Positions 28,978 to 36,340 of a DNA stretch of 64,000 nucleotides are shown here, piece after piece. Every line of letters begins with the position of its first letter. The first letter of the stretch is position 1. The notes beneath the pieces are model-generated. The model made no database searches. It saw only the letters and a program-made list of their open reading frames with translations, and was not told the DNA's origin. The stretch is from an uncultured Akkermansia sp. (lineage in GTDB: Bacteria; Verrucomicrobiota; Verrucomicrobiia; Verrucomicrobiales; V1-33), in NCBI GenBank assembly GCA_964523105.1, contig CAZFZN010000003.1, positions 251,707-315,706 of the forward strand, written 5' to 3'. The translations under genes were made by a program, and so were the position numbers.

Positions 28978-29003
28978 ATCATTTTGCCCCCATTATTTTG
29001 CCC
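28978..29003 (+). repeat. start-proximal leader element, copy 2 (ATCATTTTGCCCCCATTATTTTGCCC, then ATCCCCTGCC-ATG of 29014..29802)
   Basis: Read directly from the sequence. Confidence 0.8.
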
Positions 29004-29013
29004 ATCCCCTGCC

Positions 29014-29802
29014 ATGCCAATCATCCTGCACACCCCCGTTCGCGTGCTCAATCAGCAGGAGTTCCACGAACTGAACCATCAGGTGCTCGGCGTCATCTTC
29101 CAGGTCCACAGCGAGTATGGCAGGCTCGCCGACGAAGCCGTCGTCAAGTCCGCCATCGCCGCTGAATGGAACCGCACGGGAATCGCCGCCCGCGATATTC
29201 CCATCCGCCTGACCCACGGCAGTTACTCCAAAACCCTCTACATGGACCTGCTCTTCGAGTCCTCGCTGATGATCGAAGCCAAAACCGCCGACCGGCTCAG
29301 CGGCTCGCACCGCGCGCAGGCACTCAACTATCTTTTCCTCACCGGAATGCACCACGGCACGCTGGTCAACCTGCGCACCCCGCGCGTGGAGCATGAGTTC
29401 GTCTCCACGCACATCAGCCCGGAGGCACGCCGCGTCATCCAGGTCCGCAAATTCCACCGGCCTGAGGACGCGGACTCCGCGCGCCTCCTCACCTGTGCGG
29501 AATCCCTGCTCCGCGACTGGGGCTCGTATCTGGAAGTCTCCCTCTACCGTGACGCCATCGCTCATCTGCTGCAACTCGGCGAATCCTCGCCCGTATCTGT
29601 TTTTCATGATGGCCAGCGCATCGGGCATCAGCCCATGCTGCTGCTCAACGAAACCACCGTCCTCGCCTGCACCGCGCTCACCAGCGGCCACGAAGACCTG
29701 TCGAGCCATCTCCAGCGACTCCTCTCCCACACCCAACTCACCTCGCTGCGCTGGCTGAACTTCAACCACACCACCCTGGAACTTCGCGCCCTCCCCGCCT
29801 AA
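29014..29802 (+). CDS. GxxExxY-like PD-(D/E)XK nuclease-fold protein with ~130-aa C-terminal extension
   Basis: ATG at 29014 (the ORF-track start at 28984 is a TTG inside the repeat). YMDLLFESSLMIEAKTADRLSGSHRAQALNYLFLTGMHHGTLVNL matches the D..(V)E.K...aQ.lnYLk.tg...GlLiNF core of GxxExxY proteins as recalled. The name-giving motif is degenerate (LADEAVV). Confidence 0.65.
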   Translation: MPIILHTPVRVLNQQEFHELNHQVLGVIFQVHSEYGRLADEAVVKSAIAAEWNRTGIAARDIPIRLTHGSYSKTLYMDLLFESSLMIEAKTADRLSGSHRAQALNYLFLTGMHHGTLVNLRTPRVEHEFVSTHISPEARRVIQVRKFHRPEDADSARLLTCAESLLRDWGSYLEVSLYRDAIAHLLQLGESSPVSVFHDGQRIGHQPMLLLNETTVLACTALTSGHEDLSSHLQRLLSHTQLTSLRWLNFNHTTLELRALPA

Positions 29803-29803
29803 G

Positions 29804-29833
29804 TATCATTCTGCCCCCATCATTTTGCCAAAG
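29804..29833 (+). repeat. start-proximal leader element, copy 3 (TATCATTCTGCCCCCATCATTTTGCCAAAG), overlapping the 5' end of the CRTAC1-like gene
   Basis: Read directly from the sequence. It begins 2 nt after the TAA of 29014..29802. The downstream ACCATCATCCTGCAC mirrors ATGCCAATCATCCTGCAC of copy 2. Confidence 0.8.
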
Positions 29834-31543
29834 ACCCCCACCATCATCCTGCACCTTTCCGCGCTGTCCCTCACCGCGCAGTCCTCCCTCCTGTCCCCCG
29901 ATCTAAAACCCATCCTCGACCGACTCGATCCCTCGACCGACGCCGGCTGGGAATCGGAGGAGTCCAGTGATGCCGCGCAGAATGTGTTGAAGAAACTCAT
30001 CGCAGCTGTCGCCGATTCGTCTGCGGGAAAGATCAAAGCACCGGAATTCCGCACCCATCGCTGGCGGCCGGCGGCACGGGAGAAGGTCTTCGCTGACAAG
30101 AGCGTGGAAGTCTGGCGCGCGAAGCCTGACAAAAACGAAGTTCCGCCCGCGGAGGCGATGACATCCCTGCGCGAACCTTACGATGCGAAGGCCAGGCTGG
30201 AGGTGAAGCTCAAAACTTTCCGCGTCACACCGCCGTCGGAGAAGGACGGTTCATTTGCCACCGAAGTGCTGGTGCTCGCGGGAGGCGCAGGCAGGCAAGG
30301 CACCGTGCAGCAGAACGCGCACTGGCGCTGCGAGTGGACCGGCGGCGCAGAGCCGGTCCTGCGTTCCATCGAGGTGTTGTCGTACGAGGAAATCCTGCCG
30401 GTGGCCGCAGGGCTGCATTATGAAGACGTGACGCCCTCCGCCTTCCGCGGTGTGGAGTCGTTCCGCACGCAGTTGTTGCGCGGCATCGATCACTGGCGTC
30501 CGCGTTTGCAGGGCGACTACGGCAATGACGTCAACGGCCTCGAAGGTCTCGCGCTCGGCGATGCCGACGGCGACGGACTCGACGACCTTTACGTCTGCCA
30601 GCAGGGCGGGCTGCCCAACAAACTCTATCTGCGCAATGCCGACGGCACACTGCTCGACTTCTCGTCAGAGTCCGGTGCCGACTGGATGGAGGTGACCCGG
30701 GCCGCGCTCTTCGTAGACCTCGACAACGACGGCGATCAGGACCTCGCGCTCGCGCAGGGCTGGTATTACATGCTCATGGAGAATGATGGCAAAGCGCATT
30801 TCACAAAGAGGGCGGAAGTCCGCGCGGAGGCGAATCTGCACTCGCTCGCCGCCGCTGATGCCGATCTCGACGGTGATCTCGATCTTTATCTCTGCGGACG
30901 CAATCCGGCGCGCGAGATGGCGCAGAGCGAGGGCATTCTCGGCCAGCCTGTCCCCTATCACGACGCCAACAACGGCGGGCCGAACATTTATCTGCGCAAC
31001 GACGGTAATTGGAAATTCACCGACAACACCGTGGCCAGCGGCCTCGATGCGAACAACCGCCGCTACAGCTACGCCTGCTCTTGGGAGGATTACGATCTCG
31101 ACGGCGATCCTGATCTCTACGTCGCCAACGACTTCGGCCGCAACAATCTCTACCGGAACGACGGTGGCAAATTCACGGACGTGGCCGCCGCGCTGGGCGT
31201 GGAGGACATCTCCGCCGGCATGGGCGTGACGTGGGGCGATCCCAACAACGACGGTCGCCCTGACATCTACGTGAGCAACATGTTCTCCAGCGCCGGCAAT
31301 CGCATTGCCTACCAGCGCCACTGGCGCGCCGGCGCGGCCAATGCCGAATTCCAGCGCCATGCCCGCGGCAACAGTTTGTTTCTGAACGCCGGCAACGTAT
31401 TCAACGACGCGAGCGTTTCCGCCGGCGTCACCATGGGCCGCTGGGCGTGGGGCGCGCACTTCGCCGACCTCAACAACGACGGCTGGGAGGATCTTTACGT
31501 GGCCAACGGCTTCATCACCACGGAGGACACCGGCGACTTGTGA
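29825..31543 (+). CDS. CRTAC1/ASPIC-type FG-GAP (VCBS) repeat protein, N-terminal part, ending at an in-frame TGA
   Basis: Repeated Ca-binding-like motifs are present: GDADGDGLDDLYV, VDLDNDGDQDL, DADLDGDLDLYL, DYDLDGDPDLYVAND, DPNNDGRPDIYVSN and DLNNDGWEDLYVANG. There is no ATG at the 5' end, and TTG 29825 is the first start-like codon. The TGA at 31541-31543 is in frame with 31565..33505. Confidence 0.75.
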   Translation: MPKTPTIILHLSALSLTAQSSLLSPDLKPILDRLDPSTDAGWESEESSDAAQNVLKKLIAAVADSSAGKIKAPEFRTHRWRPAAREKVFADKSVEVWRAKPDKNEVPPAEAMTSLREPYDAKARLEVKLKTFRVTPPSEKDGSFATEVLVLAGGAGRQGTVQQNAHWRCEWTGGAEPVLRSIEVLSYEEILPVAAGLHYEDVTPSAFRGVESFRTQLLRGIDHWRPRLQGDYGNDVNGLEGLALGDADGDGLDDLYVCQQGGLPNKLYLRNADGTLLDFSSESGADWMEVTRAALFVDLDNDGDQDLALAQGWYYMLMENDGKAHFTKRAEVRAEANLHSLAAADADLDGDLDLYLCGRNPAREMAQSEGILGQPVPYHDANNGGPNIYLRNDGNWKFTDNTVASGLDANNRRYSYACSWEDYDLDGDPDLYVANDFGRNNLYRNDGGKFTDVAAALGVEDISAGMGVTWGDPNNDGRPDIYVSNMFSSAGNRIAYQRHWRAGAANAEFQRHARGNSLFLNAGNVFNDASVSAGVTMGRWAWGAHFADLNNDGWEDLYVANGFITTEDTGDL

Positions 31544-31574
31544 AGTTTCTACTGGCGGCAGGTCGTGTCGCAGT
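31541..31574 (+). promoter_or_regulatory. candidate recoding site: in-frame TGA plus downstream bulged hairpin with GGU-containing loop (possible bacterial SECIS; unproven)
   Basis: TGA is at 31541-31543. The hairpin spans 31551-31574 with pairs A51-U74, C52-G73, U53-A72, G54-C71, (G55 bulged), C56-G70, G57-C69, G58.U68 and C59-G67. The loop is AGGUCGU. With U of UGA numbered +1, the GGU falls at +21 to +23. Confidence 0.3.
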
Positions 31575-33505
31575 CACCGCAAACCACCGAGACCACGCCG
31601 GACAAAGCCGAGCGCTACCGGCTCGGCTGGAAGGCTCTCAGCGAACTCATCGGTCAGGGCCGTGCCTTCAGCGGGCACGAAAAGGACACCTGCTTCCTCA
31701 ACACCCGGGACGGGCGCTTTGCCGACGTGTCGGTCGCCAGTGGACTCGATTTCGATGACGACGGGCGTGCCCTGGCCACCTGCGACTGGGACTTCGACGG
31801 ACGCACCGACTTCTGGGCCAGCTATCGCACGTCGCCGCGCGTGCGCCTGCTGCGCAACGCGACCGCGGCGCCAGGAAACTGGCTCGCGCTGCAACTCAGA
31901 GGTACGACCTGCAATCGCGACGCCATCGGCGCGCGTGTCGTCATCACACTTCCCGGCGGGCAAACCCGCACGCGCTGCCTGCGCGCCGGCGAGGGATTCC
32001 TCGCGCAGTCGAGCAAGTGGCTGCATTTCGGCCTCGGGATCGCAGAGAACGTGAAAAGCGTCACCGTCCACTGGCCGGGCGGCAAAGCTGAGAACATCAG
32101 CGGAGTCGTCGCCGGAAAACATCAGCGTATCGTCCAGGGCAGCGGCAAAGCGGAAATCATCACGCCGCCGGCGAAGGCCGCGCTGAAGGCTGCTGCCTAT
32201 CCAAAGCCTCCGGACGACAGCCTGATGCGCACCTGGATCATCGGCCGTCTGCCGTTGCCGGAAAGCTCGCTCATTCCCGCGACGGGCAAACCGCTGCTCG
32301 TCAATTTCTGGTCGCAGACCTGCGCGCCGTGTGTTGCCGAAATGGCAGAGTGGACCAAACGCGAAAAGGAAATCCGCGCGGCCGGACTCGATATTGTCGC
32401 ACTCAACATGGATGGCCTGACGCCCGGCGGACAACCCGCACCGCCGCCCAAGGGGTTTCCCTTCCGCACTGCCAATGCCGACACCGCGACAGTGGAGGCC
32501 ATGGAACTGCTCCATCGCGTCACGGTCGAACTGCAAGCCCCGCTCCCCGCGCCCACGAGTTTCCTTTTGGACAAGGAAGGCCGCGTCGCTGCCATTTATA
32601 AAGGCGCCGTGCCGCTGGAACTTCTTCTGACTGATCTCGCGCTGCTGGAAAAGCCGGTCGAATCCCAGCGCGATGCCGCCGTGCCCTTCAAAGGCCGCTG
32701 GGCCTCGCAGCCCTTTCCGCCACAGCCGCTGCGCTACGCCGAGGCCTTCGCCAACATCGGCCAGCCCGCGCGGCGGCTCGCGTACCTTGCACATTATAAT
32801 AGCAGAGCATCCGAAGCGGCGGTGCAGATGCGTCTCGGCGAACTGTATCTGGAAGCGGGCCGGGCGCAGGAAGCGGTCAGCACCTGGGCCGCGTTGCCGT
32901 CGGATCGCCCCGATCTGCACCGCACCGCCGGCATCGCCCTGCTGCAGCGCAACCTCGGCGAACCCGCACGCCGCCATTTGCGCACGGCATTGCCGGCTTT
33001 TGAGAAGGATCCCGCCTTCCGCTTCAACTGCGGCATCGCCGAAGCCTCCACCGGACACCTGCCGGCAGCCCTCGGGCATTTTCAGGCGGTGACACAGCTC
33101 GACCCCCGGGACGCCGCCGCCTTTTTCCAGACCGGCAACCTTCTCCAGGCCGCCAAACGCAGCAAGGAAGCCATCGCTGCCTACCAGGAAAGTCTGCGGC
33201 TCAAACCCGGCTGGGCTTTTCCCGCGAACAACCTCGCCTGGCTGCTCGCCACCGATCCCGATCCCGCCGTGCGCAACGGTCAGGAAGCCCTGCGTCTCGC
33301 ACAGGCCGTCGTTAAGGCGGACGGCGGCAAAAACCCGGCCACGCTCTCCACGCTCGCCGCCGCGTATGCTGAGACCGGCGACTTCGCCCAAGCCGTCAGT
33401 GCCATGGAAGCCGCCATCCGCCACACGCCCGACCCGGCACAGGCGCAGCGGCTGCAGCCTTCACTCCAGGCCCTGAAAGCCGGGCAGCCGGTACGGACTC
33501 GCTGA
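31565..33505 (+). CDS. CRTAC1/ASPIC-type protein, C-terminal part: UnbV/ASPIC-like segment + TlpA/thioredoxin-like domain + TPR repeats
   Basis: It is in the same frame as 29825..31543, and the sequence between them (SFYWRQV) is open. NWLALQLRGTTCNRDAIGARV..GEGFLAQSSKWLHFGLG..VTVHWPGG is ASPIC/UnbV-like. LLVNFWSQTCAPCVAEM carries a CxxC thioredoxin-fold motif. The C-terminal part has TPR-like repeats (AIAAYQESLRLKPGWAFPANNLAWLLAT). Confidence 0.75.
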   Translation: MSQSPQTTETTPDKAERYRLGWKALSELIGQGRAFSGHEKDTCFLNTRDGRFADVSVASGLDFDDDGRALATCDWDFDGRTDFWASYRTSPRVRLLRNATAAPGNWLALQLRGTTCNRDAIGARVVITLPGGQTRTRCLRAGEGFLAQSSKWLHFGLGIAENVKSVTVHWPGGKAENISGVVAGKHQRIVQGSGKAEIITPPAKAALKAAAYPKPPDDSLMRTWIIGRLPLPESSLIPATGKPLLVNFWSQTCAPCVAEMAEWTKREKEIRAAGLDIVALNMDGLTPGGQPAPPPKGFPFRTANADTATVEAMELLHRVTVELQAPLPAPTSFLLDKEGRVAAIYKGAVPLELLLTDLALLEKPVESQRDAAVPFKGRWASQPFPPQPLRYAEAFANIGQPARRLAYLAHYNSRASEAAVQMRLGELYLEAGRAQEAVSTWAALPSDRPDLHRTAGIALLQRNLGEPARRHLRTALPAFEKDPAFRFNCGIAEASTGHLPAALGHFQAVTQLDPRDAAAFFQTGNLLQAAKRSKEAIAAYQESLRLKPGWAFPANNLAWLLATDPDPAVRNGQEALRLAQAVVKADGGKNPATLSTLAAAYAETGDFAQAVSAMEAAIRHTPDPAQAQRLQPSLQALKAGQPVRTR

Positions 33506-33547
33506 CCGCTGCCGGTTGTGATCGAACCGCAAGGCCGCCCTCCACTG

Positions 33548-34069
33548 TCAGGTGAACAGGATGTGCGTGCCCGTTCCGGCGGATTCCTGGTAGAAATCAC
33601 CCACTGTCAGCACGCCGTCCACGCGTTCCCACAGGTCCTCTCTTTTCAGTTTGAACATATCCATCGCGAGTTTGCAGGCGTAGATTTTTCCGCCGGAGTC
33701 GGAAATGAGTTCGAGGAATTCCCGCACGGGCGGGATGTCGAGCTTTTCCATTTCGCGGTTCATGAGATGACTGGCGAAAGCCGACACTCCGGGAATGGCG
33801 CCGAGCCACGTGGGGAAGGGGAGGGTCATGGGCATGCCGAGCATGGGCATGGCCATGTTCAGCGCGGAATTGCCGACCGTGGCCACTTTGAGCCTGTCCA
33901 GCGTCTTGTTTGTCAGGGCATTGAGGCCGAAGAAGGTGAAGAACAGGGAGGCCTCGATGCCCTCCATGCGTGCTCCGTTCGCCATGATCAGCGCCGGATA
34001 CACGCCGTCGAGCGAGCCCCGGCTCACGATGATGGAGACCTTCTTCACGGGTTGTTTGTCGTCGTTCAT
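33548..34069 (-). CDS. DsrE/DsrF-like (COG2210-type) sulfur-relay family protein
   Basis: ATG at 34069. KKVSIIVSRGSLDGVYPALIMANGARMEG and the conserved Cys context GGKIYACKLAMDMF are present. Confidence 0.75.
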   Translation of the reverse strand: MNDDKQPVKKVSIIVSRGSLDGVYPALIMANGARMEGIEASLFFTFFGLNALTNKTLDRLKVATVGNSALNMAMPMLGMPMTLPFPTWLGAIPGVSAFASHLMNREMEKLDIPPVREFLELISDSGGKIYACKLAMDMFKLKREDLWERVDGVLTVGDFYQESAGTGTHILFT

Positions 34070-34093
34070 AATAATTGTCAGGACGGAGTGGAA

Positions 34094-34405
34094 TCAGATG
34101 CAGCCCACCGGCTTCGGGATGCCGGCGATTTTGGAGGACTTCTTGAGCGGGCCGCCGGGGAAGAGGTCGTAGAGTTCCTTCGTGGTCACGACCCCGCTTT
34201 TGCCCATGCTGCGAATGGTAAGGGCCGCGCCTTTGGACTGCTGCTCGCGCAGATAGCGGATGACTCTCATGTGGGCTTCGGTGAGCGGCGCGATGCCCTC
34301 CGCGGCGGCGATTCCCGCAGCGATGGATTCGTTCCACTGCGACATGTCGGTGAGGTAGCCCTCTTCGTTCACGTCCAGTTCTGTTCCGGCGATGGTCGTT
34401 TTCAT
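34094..34405 (-). CDS. TusE/DsrC/DsvC-family sulfur-transfer protein
   Basis: 103 aa. LDVNEEGYL...WNE and LT..H..VI.YLR are present, and the C-terminal IPKPVGCI has the penultimate-region Cys typical of the family. Confidence 0.8.
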   Translation of the reverse strand: MKTTIAGTELDVNEEGYLTDMSQWNESIAAGIAAAEGIAPLTEAHMRVIRYLREQQSKGAALTIRSMGKSGVVTTKELYDLFPGGPLKKSSKIAGIPKPVGCI

Positions 34406-34445
34406 ACGGGTGGTTGGTTGGGGGTTGGGATGCGACAGGGAGGCG

Positions 34446-35672
34446 TCAGGCCGCGGGTTTCTTTTTCCGCCGGCTGATGCCGGGAAGCGGCCGCGCTTTC
34501 AGCAGCACGTTCCAGTAAACATGGCGGAAGGCCAGTTTGCCCCAGTGATTGAGACGGCTTTCCTCCAGCAGTTTCATGGGGCCGAAGGCGAAGGGAAACC
34601 GGCCTTCGTGCGGTTCGTACTCGTAATTGAAATCAATGAGCAGTGCCTTGCCGTTGCCGGATTCGATGAAGCAGTTCGAGTGGCCGTCGAATTCCTCCTT
34701 GAGCGGTTCGCCCCGGATGTGCCGCATCACATTGTCCGCCAGCGTTTCGCTTTCAAAGTGGGCCACCGATCCGGCTTTCGACGCAGGCAGATTGGTGGCG
34801 TCGCCGATCACAAAGACATCGGGGAATTGAAGCGACTGCAGCGTATGCTTGTGCGTGGGAATGAAGTCGAGATCGTCGCCGAGGCCGCTGCGCCGCACGG
34901 CTTCATCGCCCATGTTGGTCGGCGTGGTCACGAGCAGATCGTAGGGCACTTCGCGGCCGTCGAAGCAGACGAGTTTGTCGTTCTCCTGATCCACCTTTTC
35001 CGCCACGAAGTCGGTCACCAGTTCGATGCCTTTATCGGTGAGCAGGTGGCTGAGCTTCCTGGAGGCCTTCGGTTTGGTGAAGGCGCCGGAAAGCGGCGTG
35101 ACATAAGTGAGGGTCACCTTGTCGCGGAGGCCGCGCTCGCGGAAGAAAGTGTCGGCGAGAAACGTGAACTCCAGCGGCGCCACCGGGCATTTGACCGGCA
35201 TTTCGTTGATGTGAACCACGACGCGGCCCCCTGGAAAGTTCGCCAGCCTGTCCCGCAGCGCCCTTGCGCCGTCGAGTGTGTAAAAGTCATGCACGTTCAC
35301 GCGCCACTTGGGCCCCGTCATTCCCTCCGTCTCCTCCGGCGCGGTGCGACAGCCCGTGGCGATGATCAGGACGTCGTATTGGAGTTCCCGGCCGTCCTTG
35401 AGAGTGACGGCGTGTTCCGCCGGAGCCATTCGTTCCACTTCCGCGTGCAGAAATTCCACGCCCCGCGGGAGAAAGTCCCGCGTCTCGCGCACGATCTGGC
35501 TTTCCTTGTAGATTCCGAACGGCAGGAACAGAAACCCCGGCTGATAGAGATGTTTCTCCGACCGGTCCACCACCGTCAGGCGCCATTCCCCGGCGGGAAG
35601 GCGGCGGCGCAGGTGGTTGGCCATCATGGTGCCGGCCGTGCCGGCGCCGAGGATCAGAAGATGTTTGCTCAT
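34446..35672 (-). CDS. sqr: sulfide:quinone oxidoreductase-like FAD-dependent oxidoreductase
   Basis: I moved the start to ATG 35672 (MSKHLLILGAGTAGT, a Rossmann GxGxxG). The longer ORF-track N-terminus is Arg/Pro-rich with no homology pattern. KCPVAPLEF and VFVIGDATNLPASKAGSVAHFE are SQR-like. Confidence 0.8.
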   Translation of the reverse strand: MSKHLLILGAGTAGTMMANHLRRRLPAGEWRLTVVDRSEKHLYQPGFLFLPFGIYKESQIVRETRDFLPRGVEFLHAEVERMAPAEHAVTLKDGRELQYDVLIIATGCRTAPEETEGMTGPKWRVNVHDFYTLDGARALRDRLANFPGGRVVVHINEMPVKCPVAPLEFTFLADTFFRERGLRDKVTLTYVTPLSGAFTKPKASRKLSHLLTDKGIELVTDFVAEKVDQENDKLVCFDGREVPYDLLVTTPTNMGDEAVRRSGLGDDLDFIPTHKHTLQSLQFPDVFVIGDATNLPASKAGSVAHFESETLADNVMRHIRGEPLKEEFDGHSNCFIESGNGKALLIDFNYEYEPHEGRFPFAFGPMKLLEESRLNHWGKLAFRHVYWNVLLKARPLPGISRRKKKPAA

Positions 35673-35702
35673 GGCGGTGGTTCCAGGGTTCCGGGGATTT
35701 CT

Positions 35703-35722
35703 ATATGAGCACATACGCATAT
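35703..35722. promoter_or_regulatory. AT-rich inverted repeat ATATG-N10-CATAT 31-50 nt upstream of the SQR start (possible operator/promoter)
   Basis: The sequence tatatgagcacatacgcatatgcaatgaggaattttt is an isolated AT-rich island in GC-rich DNA. Its function was not tested. Confidence 0.25.
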
Positions 35723-36340
35723 GCAATGAGGAATTTTTCACTGCGGAGGCAAATTCGAGCGGAGTCCGGCTGCGGAAGGCCATGGCCGGCCCGCGCCGCC
35801 GGAGGCTGACGCGGGTACAGAAGGAGGCGCGTCGCGTGATGCCGCTGCGCCACCGGCCACGGCATGGCTCCCGCAAGTGCTGCCGGGAGATGCCGCCGCA
35901 GACGCCGCCCCGGCCAGTGGCGCACTTCACGGCAACCCCTCCGGCATCGCGGCCGACTCGCCTGTCCTCCACTGCAGTTCCAAACCTGGCTGGCATAATC
36001 ATCCGACCGGCGATCGTTCCCCGGATTGCATGATCCAATGGATGTCAGTGCACGCAAGTTCCCCGGTAACGTAAAAACCCTGGTAACATGAAAACTGTTC
36101 CTCCACGGACGAAGAGGCGCGGAGCCGTCCCCGGCTCTCCAATGCCGCAGCCCGGCTCCGCTCCCCCGGCATTCGCCGCCGCCTCATGAGTGGGACGCGC
36201 ACAGCGCATCCCTACCGCTTAATTTTTGGCGCTGCGCGCTCTTGGATCGGGCATCGTGCTGGAAGATTGGAATTTCAGAATCGCGGTGATACGATCCGGC
36301 CCGGATTATCGCATAAAGAGCCAGCAGCAAACCGCCGCCC

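Noticed and set aside
31574-33424. 616-aa minus-strand ORF antisense to the CRTAC1 C-terminal part
   Set aside because: It is an antisense artefact. The plus frame has ASPIC, thioredoxin and TPR motifs.
34392-36038. 438-aa plus ORF antisense to sqr, and the 5' extension of the sqr frame to 36038
   Set aside because: The Rossmann GxGxxG begins right after ATG 35672. The upstream 120 residues are Arg/Pro-rich with no pattern.
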